A DNA stretch of 64,000 bases from NCBI GenBank assembly GCA_964016885.1, contig OZ024746.1, forward strand, positions 75,826,001-75,890,000, given 5' to 3'. The number at the start of each line of letters is the position of its first letter. The first letter of the stretch is position 1. The stretch is from Eledone cirrhosa (taxonomy: Eukaryota). Shown here one piece after another: positions 35,901 through 47,629 of this stretch. The position numbers and the translations under genes are program-made. The notes under the pieces are model-generated. The model was not told where the DNA came from and searched no databases. It worked only from the letters and a program-made list of their open reading frames with translations.

Positions 35901-38900
35901 GCGTCTGTGGTACTTTTGCCTGACACAAACCCGAACTGCATTTCATCTAGGTCAATTCTCTCTCTGATTAGTTGCGCTATTACTTTTTCCGTGACCTTCA
36001 TGACCTGGTCGATTAATTTAATGCCTCTATAGTTACTCCTATCTAGGGCGTCTCCTTTACCCTTATAACAGTTAACGATGATGCTGCTATGCCAGTCCTT
36101 CGGAACAACCCCATTCTGTACGACTTGGTTAACTATGCGGGTGACCATGGTGTGTCCCACCGTGCCAGATGCCTTCAGCATCTCAGCAACTATTTCCGAA
36201 GGCCCAGCCGCCTTACCCGTCTTCATATCCTTGATTGCCTTACTTATTATACTCCCCTCGACTAACACTGCTGGTCCCTCTATTGGGTCGATATGGGGGA
36301 GACTGCCTTTCTCCCAATTATTCTCCTCATTTAGTAGCCTTTCATAGTGACACTTCCAAGCTACCTTCTTATCAGCGTCGGTGATGGCAAGTGTGCCATC
36401 GTCGTTTAACTTATTAAAACCTTTTTATTGTTGAAATTTTATTTTAGTAATTAATCAGATCAGATAGCAAGTCGATAAAATGTTCGAAGGTGGTAAAAAC
36501 ATAAAACGAAGTGAAAAGGTGACAAAAAAAAAAGAAAAAAAAACAAACATTTGTTAGTGAAAGTAAGAGTTATCACCCTTATATCACTCAAACGTATAAG
36601 CTGAAATATTCGTAAAACTAAAAGGTGTGAAGATGATTACAGATATTCTTTTATTAGTTTTAGTTATTAGACTGACGCCATCCTAGGGTCGCTCCTTGCA
36701 GGGATTGGCTCCAGTATTATTTTTTTCAAGTCTAGTACCTGTTTTATCGATCTTTTTTGTTGAGCCACTAAGTTATGGGACATATATACAGACACATATA
36801 TATATATACACATATCATCATCGTTTTATGCATGTTTTTCATGCTAGCATGGGTTGGACGAGTTGTCATGTTCTGTGACTATGACAGGTCAGATGACTAC
36901 GTCTTGCTCATATGTTCCATTTTGGCAAGTCAGATGCATAGTTAATCAAGTAGGCCACTGTATCTAGCATTTGTAGATCTGGAGAAGGCCTTTGACAAGG
37001 TCCCATGCTCTCTAATCTGGTGGGCACTTAGGAAGCTAGGTGGAGATGAATAGCTTGTGAGGGCTGTGCAAGCCTTGTATAGAGGAACAACCAGCAGAGT
37101 GAGAGTTGGCAATGAGTACAGTGATGAATTTGAAGTGCAGGTGGGAATCCCCCCAAGGATCAGTCCACTCCTATTAATTATTGCGTTCCAAGGGAGCTCC
37201 TATATGCTGATGACCTAGTCCTCATAGCTGAATCTGTAGGAGAGTTAGAGGCAAAATTTTAAGCATGGAAGAAGAACCTAGAGTTCAAAGGCCTAAATGT
37301 AAATTTAGCGAAGATGTACATCTTAATAAATAGGAAGAAGACAGGGAGGTGATACTCTCAGGAAAGTGTCCAGAAATGCCATAAGGTGTATACAATGTAA
37401 ATTATGGACACACAAGAGATGTAGAGGGATTACAGGTAGGCTAACAGAAAAGTTAGACTTTATATGCAGCAGATGCACAGGGGAAGTGAGCACAAAGAGC
37501 ACATATGAAATAGATTCATTCCCTCAGCTGCCAGGTGGGCTCCCTAGAAGTTGTTGAGCTTTCACTACCTAAGCAATCAAATTAGCAGTGGGGGAGAATG
37601 CACTGAAAGTGGGATAGCTAGGATAAGAACAGGCTGGAAGAAGTTTAGAGATCTATTACCACTGCTAACAATGAAATACTTTTCCCTCAGAGTGAAGGTA
37701 GACTGTATGATGCTTGTATGTAAACTGCAATGCAACATGGCAGTAAAACATGTTCCTTGAGTACAGAAGATCTGCAGAGGCTAGAAAAAACGAAGCGAGT
37801 ATACTCTGATGGATGTGTAATATTAGTGTGCATAAGTGATATAGCATAAGCAAACTAAGAGAAAAACTTGGCAGAAGAGGAATTTGATGTAGTGTGCAAG
37901 AGAGAAGACAGCGTTTGTATGTACATGTGATGCACACAGAAGATAACAGCTGTACAAAGAAATGCAGAGAAACCCCAGTGGCTGGGACCCGTGGAAGAGG
38001 CAGATTCAGGAAGATATGGGATGAGGTTGTGAAGTGATTGGTGATGAGAAGGGTATCCAGCCATGGAGGGCTTCTCAAACATAGGGTTGCGAGGACCCTT
38101 CAATCATGTCAAGGACATGACAGCTTCCCTAGTGTTTGGTGATCTTTACATTGAATGCACCCAGTACACGCTGTAAAGTAGTTGGTGATAGGAAGGTCAT
38201 CCAGCCATAGAAAGCTTGCCAAACAAAGAGTCAGGAGGACCCTCAGTTGTGTGAAAGACATGACAACCTCTTTTGTGCACTCGGTAGAATGTGAATTTGT
38301 TATGGTTCATGCATTAACACTTTATAAAATCTGCTGAGTGCAGTTTCTTGTATTGCTAGTACTAGAGCAGGGGTCGGCAACCTTTTGGAGAGAGAGGGCC
38401 AAACAGCTATGCAATGTCATGGAGGAGGGCCATGTTATTAAATATGTAAATAAATTTTCTGGAGGTTTAAAGCAAAACAAGGAATTTAATATAATTTTAT
38501 TTTAACAAATCCCCCTTATTTTACTGCAGGAATAACAGAAAAACAACTACTATCACAATCAAGAAAAAAAAAAAAAGCATATTCTTTGCTACAAACGAAA
38601 TACATTTAGAAATGGTAAATGATTTAATGAGACACTTGTTTCTGCTTATTGTGCAATAACTTCTCCACATCAGGTGAAATATTTGTCGATGACAGGAGCA
38701 AAACATCATCCAGGTGGTCGTTACGCAACCCTGTTCTTAAATGACTTTTAGTATATTTCATTTTGGAAAAAAGTTGTTCACAAGCATATGTACTCCCAAA
38801 TAATGATATCATCAGTTTCGCATTAGTCAAGATGTTTTTATATTTTCCTCTTGGCAATATATATATCTTGTAGAAGTCAGCAGTGGATTCGAACTGAAAT

Positions 38901-41900
38901 TTCGATAACAAAGATTCGTCGCACTGTAAGTCAATTAACTCCAACTGATATTCTTCTGCCACTTGCTCCACATCTGTTTCGTAAGGAGTACCAAATAACT
39001 TAAATAGAGTTCTATATTGCCGGAAGTCAGTAAAACGAGAAGAAAATTTGCTTCTCAAATCCTTAATAGAGCTCACAAAGATGTCTGGTATTATATCTCT
39101 CTTGTGATTTTGGAAACTTGGGAAATGAGAGTAGTTTCCTTTTTGAAGTTGTGATTCCCACAGTCGAAGTTTTTTCTCAAAAGCAGTAATTTGACCAAAC
39201 ATCTCAAATACAACCTTGTTCTTTCCTTGAAGCTCAAGATTCAAAGTGTTCATGTGGGTCGTGATGTCCACTAAAAAAGCTAACTTGACAACCCACTGTG
39301 GATCCTGAAAGTAAGAATTATCTTGGTCTTTGCTCTCTAAAAATATGTAAGGTTGCCATACTCTGCTTCAATTTGTTTTAGAAATTCTTGAAACTGGCAG
39401 TGATTTAGTCCTCTTGACAGTATAAAATTCACTGTTTTCATGACCACTGCCATGATGTCCTTAAAATTCAGTGACTTTGCACATAATGCTTCTTGATGAA
39501 TAATGCAATGAAGTTTGATTAGTTTTTGATCAATACTGATGTGGTTTTGGAGCAATGCAACAAACCCCTTTTTCTCGCTAACCATTGCTGGTGCTCCATC
39601 TGTGATTACTCCAGAAAGCTTTGATAAATCCAGATTCATTTCGGTAATCCATTTTATTTTGCTTTCCAAAATATCTGCTCCAGTGCTACAATTCTTCCAC
39701 AATATCAAATTCTTCCACAATATCAAATGTTGGTGTTACACCCCTCACAAACACTGCAAGTTGACAAGTATCCTTCATATCTGTGGTTTCATTGATAGCA
39801 ATGGAATAATATTCCAGATTATTTAAAATGCCCTCCAAGCCACTTCTAACATTTGCTGCCAGCTCTTCAATTCGCCTTGTTACTGTTCTTGCCGATAAGC
39901 TGATCGCAGAAAATAATTCCCTTTTTTCTGGACAAACAACATCTGCTACCTTCAACAGTAATTCTTTGAAGAAATCTCCATCAGTAAAAGGTTTCATCCT
40001 TTTTGCAATTAGTTTTGACACCTCGTAGCTAGCACAAGTGTTTCGGTCACTTTCTTCAACTTTTCTAGTGAAAAAGGATGATTGCTTTTTTACATTATTT
40101 CTCAGCCGTGCAACTTCGTTTACTCGTGCTTTTCCAGTAAAAGTGTTGTAATGATTATGAGTTTCATAGTGCCGTTTAATATTTGAAACTTTCTTCACGG
40201 CAATGGTTTATTGACAAATTAAGCAAACACATTTTCTGAAGTGCTCAATGAAAAAATAGCTAAGTATCCAGCCATCGTTAAAAGTTCGGCACTCCAAATC
40301 CACTTTTCTTTTCTTAGCTTCCATGGGCTTGTTTTTGTTCAAACAAAAAAGATTTATGGAAAGGAAAAAGAACAAAATGTATAATAATCAAAATGAAGAA
40401 ATAAGAAACAATAAAAACAAATGTAAATGCAAATACAGTAATGTGATAAAATATGATAATTGTGAATAAATTATATAAAACCAGGTTTCTAACGACGTTG
40501 TTAGATCAGGATTGCCATTTGTTTTTTTAAATCACTTTTGGCCTAATTCTAATAATAATAATTCACACAATTTATCACAAATAATTAAATAAACGTTATT
40601 ATCGAATAAAGATACCTACTGTATAGTTGTTATACCGCCAGACAACAAACTCAGATGAAAATACTCTGGGGAGGAGGGAACGAAGTAATTTTTCCAAGGA
40701 CAGCTTTACCTTGTGCCGGGGAACACAGGTAAGGTCAGGCAAACGGAGACGACAATAATTTACGAGTGATTTTATTGAATGACAATATGGGTATAAAAGC
40801 GAGTTATGCGAACCGTAAGGTAGTATACCTTCCAGTCGCTGACAAAAATGCATTCCTCCAGCCAACATTTGTGTTTGTTGACTGGAACAAAAACACATAC
40901 AGGAAATCACAGGAAATAATAATACAGGTGATATATTGCTTGGCGGAAAGCCCAGAAAAAGATGGATAAGAGGAAATAATAATAAATGGAAAATATAATA
41001 AGGTTACAAAGGTATCTGTAAATATATACGGTATGAGCAGCGATTTGTGATGGGCATCAGGTCGGCACAACCTTGAAGTGAACTACTGTATCTGTATTCA
41101 ATACTAATTAGATAATTAGTGTAAGATGGCGGGCCAGACAAAGATCACTCGAGGGCCGGATGTGGCCCGCGGGCCGGGGGTTGCCGACCCCTGTACTAGA
41201 GAGATTGTCATTTACTCGACAAGATTGAAGAGTCTTCTGTAGCTTATATTGTCTTCATGTGATTTGTCTCAGATGACAGTAAATCCAGATAAGAAATGAC
41301 TTGGATCATGATGACCTATTCAAACTATGCCATCATGGAAAGCTAACATGATGATGAAAGTACGTCAATGAAAGTGATAGCTGGTTTCCTAATGAACTGG
41401 GTTGGTGAGGAATTGGCAACAATGAGTAATATTAAATCTGTGCTATGCACCTACTCTGGCTCCTGAAAACTATTAGGCCCTTGTCCCTTTACAGTTCCAC
41501 TACTAATGTAGTTTATCTGTTCTAGTTCACTCAGAATAAATAGGTCTCTAAGTTAATCTACTCCTGTATCATTGTAGCTGCCCATGGAAACGTTGAATAC
41601 TTCTCTATGTTTTTATACTCATTATTTATGTTAAATTAATGTTAATATTGAGAATGTGCTATAGTTTCAAGGTCTTCTGATGTTATGTTGGCTTGTTTGA
41701 ATGTAAATTGTATGACTTTATTGGAACATATCTTTGGTGTGTGGCCTAGTTGTTAAGATGATAGATTTTCTGGACTGGGTGGTGTGTTGTGTTCTTGTTG
41801 AGCAAGATCCCTCATTTCATATTGCTTCTCATAATAGGACTAGGGATGTTATAAGTAAAACATCTTAGAAAACCCTATGGGAGAAGACTTCATAGGAGAT

Positions 41901-44900
41901 CAGCATAGGTATAAGCTGTAAATTTCGAATTCATATCAAATTTTTTTTAGGATTGATTCAAGTGTTTTTATTTATTTTTTTTCTGCTGACCATGCATCTC
42001 TCTTGCAGCGTTAAGGTTGCAGTTGTATTTGTGGTCTTTGAGTGTAATGTATAAGTTTGTTTATTTTGTCTGTGTATTTGACTTTGTTGTGTATCCAGAG
42101 TTTGGTTGCTATTTGCTTTGGTTGTGTATTGATGTCTGTGTGAGACTTTTTATAGAGTTTTGTTTTATTGTTCCTAGTAATATATCTCTTCTTACTCACT
42201 TTGTATAAATTGTTTGTTTTCTCTGCAAATACAAACATGCTGGAGTTTGCTGGTTTTTCCGAATCTTAAAATTATGTTTAGTCCAGTGGTTCTCAGAGAC
42301 CCAGGTCTCATTCCTCTCCTTGCATTCCTAGGTTTACTTAATTCCTCCTCCAATTTGAATTGATATCTAGTAATTTTTCACCTGAGCACTATATTAACAT
42401 GAGCCAACTTTTCAAACCACAATAACTGTACAGTTCCAAACAGGATTAAACTTGAAGCAACAATGTTCTGTGAATTGTTAATTTGTGATCACCCTTATAG
42501 TTTGGGTATATTAGTATTTCATTAAATATCGAGGAGGCACATGGCTTAGTGGTTAGAGCATTGGCCTTGCAATCGAAAGGTTGCGAGTTCAATTCTCAGA
42601 CTGGGTGATGTGTTGTTTCCTTGAGCAAGACACTTTATTTCACATTGCTCCAGTTTACTCAGCTGTAGAAATGAGATGATAGGGACTGGGGTCCCTATCA
42701 TTACACTGCAAAGTGGTCGTGGATGTGCCACGGCAAAAAAGCACCCAGCACTCACTGTAAATGAGGTTGGTGTTAGAAAGGGCATCCAGCTGTAGAAATC
42801 AAGCCAGAATCAGTTCCCGTCCCACCCTTGCAAGCAGGGAAAAAGCGGACATAAAATGGAATGATGATGATGATGATCGAGTAGAGAGGACTCTGCAGTT
42901 CAGTTAATGACTGACAACCTCCCTAGTGCTGGTGCCATGATAAAACACACCTTGTACACCGTCTAATGTTGTGGCTGATTGGAAGGGCATCCGGCTGTAG
43001 AAACCATGCCAATAAGGGTGTTGGTGACACAATAAAATGTACCCATTACATTCTGTAGGAAGAGCATCCAACCATAGAAAACTTGCCAAACAATGAGTAG
43101 AGAGAACTGTTCAGTTGTGTCAAAGACATAATGACCTCCTTGGAGCTGGTGCTATAATTGTACAGCCTCCCTCATTCTATAGAGTGCAAGAACATAAGTG
43201 AGGTGACTCCTAGCTCATCTGACAGATTAGTGCCTTCAATTAAATACTGACCTTGTTTGTGAAAATCCATCCAACCCTTGCTAGCAGGATAAATCGAGGT
43301 TAAATTATGATGATGATGGTGATATACTATTTTTCCCCAGCTTGGATTGCTCTTCTGGGATTTAAAATTCTTCCCATGGGAACCAAGTTCCTCTTGTTTA
43401 CTGTGGTGAATATTTCCTAGATTTCAATGCTGTAGTTACATTGTCATGAAAGATGGCTTTCAGCTGCATGCATTTTATTATACAGTCATACATATGCACA
43501 TATATACATACACATACAAACACAAAAATGTGTGTACACACAGAAGATAATAAATTTAAAAAAAGGGATTATAGTATTAATAAGAAAATAAATAAAGAAA
43601 ATATACAAACAGTAAAAAATTGAATAAATAAATTATAATAATTAATTAAAAGCATTAAGCTGGAACTAAGAAGTTAATTATGATGAATCCTTTTAATAAG
43701 TGTTCCTAGTAGTGCCAAGTAGTTTTGAAAGATTGTCAGATTTACAAGACTAATCCATGAAGGATAATATTGGAATGTTAATAAAGTAAAAATAGACTTT
43801 ATATTTACTTCCGTATTCACATGAAGCCAGCGAGGGAAGCTCTATGAGGTCACTCGATATGCTACAAATAGCAGTACAATTTCCTTCAAATCACTCCTTA
43901 CCATATCTGTTTATTTTTATTGGCTAGATCTGGAGGAATGGATTAATGACAACCCCACTGAAACTGCCCTGGTTCTATGATACAAAACTTTATTTTAAAA
44001 TGTTTATATTTATCTAAAAGCCTTCCATCATAATTTTATGTAAGAACCTTAAGTTATGCTTCAAACACTAGCTTAATAATTAGAAAGTTAGTTGTATTAT
44101 TAATGAATGCCTGTACATTCTTGATTATTTTCAAAATGATTTGAAAATAATAAGCAGTGTCTTTCAATAAAACTATGGTAATGAAAAGGTTATGCCAGTG
44201 AGGGAAACTCTATGTGTTTGCTTAAAGTGCTGAAAATATCAGTAAAATGTCCCTCAAATCACTCCTTCTCTTAGCCTTTGTGATACTAAACTGCCTAAAA
44301 CTGACCCTAGGACTATGATATAACACTGTTTCCTTTAAAGTGTTTATTTTTATCTAAAATCTTCCATCATAATTTTATGTAAGAATCTTTGTAAAGTTAC
44401 ATATCCGGAGCTGGATATCCACAAGAACGAGCCTCACGAGCTTGAGTGGCTGTACCTGACTGTCACCTTCGCCATCCTCCAGGACAACATCTTCTCCATT
44501 CTATCCACTGGGACCATGAGGTGGACTAACCATTAAATGAGAGTAACATTGATTGTCAACTTGTGTACATAAGAGTGAAAACTAGAGTTGAGTAAGAAAA
44601 TTAAAACAAAACAATGGTTTACACTCTGACTATGATGCTTAATTAATTTTGAAAATAATAAAAAATCTTGGAAACAACCTGATAAAATGTTTTTACATAA
44701 ATTATGATAGAATGTAACAAACTGCTTTGTATCAAAGAGCGTAAGGCACTTTCAGGCGTTTTGGTATCAGAAAGGTTAACTCATTCGTTATCATATTTCT
44801 AATGGAATACATTGCCTATGATTTTCAAAGAGTTTGAATGGATTTAGTAATATCAAAAACTTTCTCATTATAAAGTTGGTATTTAGAACATAACTTAACA

Positions 44901-47629
44901 AAAGTTCTTACATAAAAAAGGAAGGGAGGTTTTTAGATAAATATAAATACTTTAAGATAAACAGTTTTGTATTGTAGAACCAGATGTGGTTTCAGGTAAT
45001 TTGATATTCAAAGGGTTAAGGGAAATTTGGCTGCTATTTCTAGCATGTCGAACGTACAGGGTCCCTTGTTAGATCTGAGTTTTCTTTTGCATGTACTTTC
45101 TAGAAAATGTAATAATGTACTGTGACAATGTAATGTTCCTTGTGACCCACCCCCTTCTTATAGTAGAAAGAGAGTGAGTTTCTGAATCTCTTTGAACCTG
45201 TATTTTATGTGTGTCCCAGTTGGTGAATCTATAGCAGACTGCTATTTATATGGAATTTTTATACATTTTTTTCTCTTTGATGCATATCCACACATACAAC
45301 ACGTGCATGCACACACATACAGTTAAACCTATGCAAATACATGAACACATGCGTAAACACACATAAACAGACACACACATGCACACACATACACACACAC
45401 CCAAATGCATACATACACATCCACACATTCACAAACACATGTATACATAAACATACATGTATGCATATACACATCCTTTCATTCAATATGATTTTATTTT
45501 GTATATGTCTGTTTGCTAATATATTATTATTATTTTTTTTCTTTTCTGACTTCTCATCTTTCTAAAAATCCCCTTGCCTTTACTTTCATATATACTAGTA
45601 TTTTTTATTTCAACAGCTTCATAAAGTTCTTTAACCCTCTAGCCATATCCGGCCAGAATTCTATCACCTCTTTCTGTTCAAACCGGCCATAACCAGCTGC
45701 TCATACTGATGTGAATGTATTGTTCTCAAAATAGATAATATCAAAATCTCATAGATTCGGTATTATGTGAGGTAAAATATAATAGTATATACAGATTAAT
45801 GTAAATGCTAAAGGGTTAAGTCTTTTGATACCAAACTGCTTGAAATCACCCTCAGTTTACAATACAAAACTTTGCTTGAAAGCGTTTATGTTTATTAAAT
45901 AACCTTCCAATATAATTTCATATAAGAACCGTTTACCATTTTGTTTCCATATTTGTACTCACTGTAAATGGGGTTGACGTTAGGAAGGGCATCCAGCTGT
46001 AGAAACCAAGCCTAAATCAGTTCTGTATGAGCAAGACATGGTCACCTGACCTAGCATTGCCCACAACAGGACAACTCGTCTAACCCATGCTATCGTGGAA
46101 GAATGGACGTAAAACTGATGATGATAGTTTCTAATAAAAGACACTATCTATGATTTTCGAATTATTTTGAAAACAACTGAGAATTTGAAGAGATTTAGTA
46201 ATATATATACTTTTCTCATTATTAAGTTTGGTGTTTGATTATTTTCAAAATTATTTGAAAATCATAGGCAGTGTTTTTCATTAGAAATATAGTAATGTAA
46301 GGGTTAAATTGTTTGTTTAGTAATTGATGGAGGGGAACTGGCAGAATCATTATTGCATTGGATTAAGAGCTCTGAGTTCAAATCCTGCTGAGGTTAGCTT
46401 TGCCTTTTGTTTTCTTGGAGGTCAATAAATAAAGTACCAGTCCAGGGCTAGTGGACTAGCTGGATTGTTAAAGAGTTGGAAAGGATGCTTTGTGGTATCT
46501 AATCCATTTCTGTGCATTCTGAGTCCAAATACTGTCTCCTTTTGCCAGAAGTTGCAATTGGCAGATAGTATTAATAATGGAAAGACCAATAGAAATGTAG
46601 TTTTCTTAGTCTGATTTCAAGATCAGCTCTTTTCCTTTCTTGTTTATATACAGTTAGACCTCAATTATCTGAGTAAAATAAATGACTGATCTTAAACAAA
46701 GGAAATCACACTGAACATAATTATGTAAGAATAATACACAGTTTTTATTAGTTTTCTAATGTTATACACTTTTGTAATATTTTCATCACAATATCAAAAG
46801 AGTTAATATACCAACACACTTCTGATATTATCATCATTGTTTAATGTCTATTTTTCATGTTTGCATGGGTTAAACAGGTTGTCACGTTCTGAGGGCAAAC
46901 AGGTTGGGGGGGTCATCTCACAGTGGGAGAGCAGGCATTGTCATTATTTTGTCTGCCCTGCTTTCTATGCAGGTATGTGTAGAAGTAGCAATCCTGCATC
47001 CACCTTCAACCATTGATACTATATTCTATCACTAATTTTATTTAAGAACTCTATTAACCTTTTCATTATCATATTTCTAATAAAATACACTACCTAAGAT
47101 TTTCAAATAAGCTTGAAATAATCAAGAATTTGTGAGGGGGCCTACATCTTGTTTACTTATATTTTAGTTTTGGAATGGTTTCTATAGCTTAATGCCCTTC
47201 CTAGCATTAACCACTTTACAGAGTGTACTAGGTGCATTTTGTTGTGGCACCAGCACAAGTGAAGTTGTCATGACATTGAAGAGGAATCCTCTCAGCCCTT
47301 TGTTTGGGATGGTATCTACAGCTGCATGCCCTTTCTATTACGAATTTACAGAGTGTACTAGGTGCATCTTACCATGGAACCAGCAGTAGGAAAATTGTCA
47401 TGTCATTTACACAACTAAAGACTCCTCACAGTCTTTTGTTCAGATTGGTTTCTATAGCTAGATCGTCTTTCTATCATCAACCACAGCATTGTGTTATTTA
47501 TGTAGTTTTTGATTATTTGTTTCAACAACATTTTTTTTTTTACTGATTTTAATTATCAATTTTTATCCTTTTCTTTCTGTTTTCCAGTGTTTCTGTTTTG
47601 AAGAACAACGATTGAATCCCCATGAACAG
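26553..47629 (+). CDS. COX11: Cytochrome c oxidase assembly protein COX11, mitochondrial (partial: start exon uncertain, last exon outside window)
   Basis: Exons 26553-26949, 28876-29031, 30083-30208 and 47588-47629 join in frame: presequence-like N-terminus, TM..GMSYAGVPLYRLFCQ|ATGLGG..IRFNADV.SSMQWNFRP|VLPGETALAFY.AKNPT..PIIGISTYNI.PFEA..YFNKIQ|CFCFEEQRLNPHEQ. Confidence 0.95.
27557..28416. repeat. 39-bp minisatellite, ~22 copies
   Basis: Unit CTATAATGCTCCAGAATACTTCTAAATACCCACACATAT with few variants. Confidence 0.97.
28876..29031 (+). CDS. COX11: COX11 exon
   Basis: ATGLGGQAVAGHD..IRFNADVSSSMQWNFRPHQ; GTAAGT donor. Confidence 0.95.
30083..30208 (+). CDS. COX11: COX11 exon
   Basis: VLPGETALAFYSAKNPTEKPIIGISTYNIIPFEAAMYFNKIQ. 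Confidence 0.95.
30770..30960 (-). mobile_element. Penelope-like element GIY-YIG endonuclease fragment
   Basis: YVMYKSGGSYIGRT..F..QIKEH...SSIKNH. Confidence 0.6.
31834..33648 (+). mobile_element. 5'-truncated CR1/L2-group LINE, RT pseudogene with (ATT)n tail, inserted in a SINE
   Basis: ASPGLDG, WKTASIIPLFKKGD..NY.PVSLTS, YLDFAKA, SGVPQGSVLGPLLF..YIND, QYADDIK, HLEFASPVWNP..LETVQRRATK; frameshifts and deletions. Confidence 0.9.
34204..36407 (-). mobile_element. Young 5'-truncated RTE-clade LINE (copy 2) with intact RT ORF and PHD-type finger
   Basis: 553+ aa open frame: NYRGIKL, QFGF, AFVDLEKAFDRV, GVHQGSVLSPLLF, LLYADD, C4HC3, FRYLG; (GAT)n tail at 34204. Confidence 0.95.
36950..38060 (+). 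mobile_element. Older degenerate RTE LINE of the same family (RT region)
   Basis: AFVDLEKAFDKVP, LLYADD, CIQCKLWTHKRC..FICSRC, ARIRTGWKKFR; frameshifts. Confidence 0.88.
38368..41193 (-). mobile_element. hAT DNA transposon (SPIN/OC1/Buster-type), 2826 bp, defective transposase
   Basis: Perfect 15-bp TIRs CAGGGGTCGGCAACC / GGTTGCCGACCCCTG; perfect 8-bp TSD TACTAGAG (38360-38367, 41194-41201). Confidence 0.96.
38624..40324 (-). pseudogene. hAT transposase pseudogene (GTF2IRD2/SPIN-like)
   Basis: MEAKKRKVDLECRTFN..CLICQ* (BED finger, stop), YSIAINETTD..QLAVFVRG, TDGAPAM, HCIIHQEAL, FGSTYACEQLFSKMK. In-frame stop, 18-nt duplication and internal deletions. Confidence 0.92.
41900..42270 (-). mobile_element. 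Penelope-like element RT N-terminal fragment
   Basis: FVFAEKTNNLYKVSK..Y..TKLYKK resembles the VFADKT.NLY..motif of Penelope-type ORFs. Confidence 0.55.
42535..42877 (+). mobile_element. tRNA-derived SINE with RTE-like 3' tail and (GAT)n end
   Basis: A box TGGCTTAGTGG, B box GAGTTCAATTC, core CCTTGAGCAAGACACTTTATTTCAC; tail GTTGGTGTTAGAAAGGGCATCCAGCTGTAGAAA..GGAC.TAAA..GATGAT similar to the RTE 3'UTR. Confidence 0.8.
45285..45475. repeat. Degenerate (CA)/(CATA) microsatellite
   Basis: Direct inspection. Confidence 0.85.
47588..47629 (+). CDS. COX11: COX11 42-nt exon encoding the CFCF Cu-binding motif
   Basis: Long pyrimidine tract + CCAG; CFCFEEQRLNPHEQ; CAG|GTTAGT. Confidence 0.93.

Noticed and set aside
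38624-40324. Domesticated GTF2IRD2/ZBED-like host gene
   Set aside because: It has TIRs, a TSD, a premature stop and frameshifts, so it is a defective transposon.
45246-45565. Cys/Val- or His/Thr-rich ORFs (also 60897-61085, 62448-62675)
   Set aside because: Translations of microsatellites.
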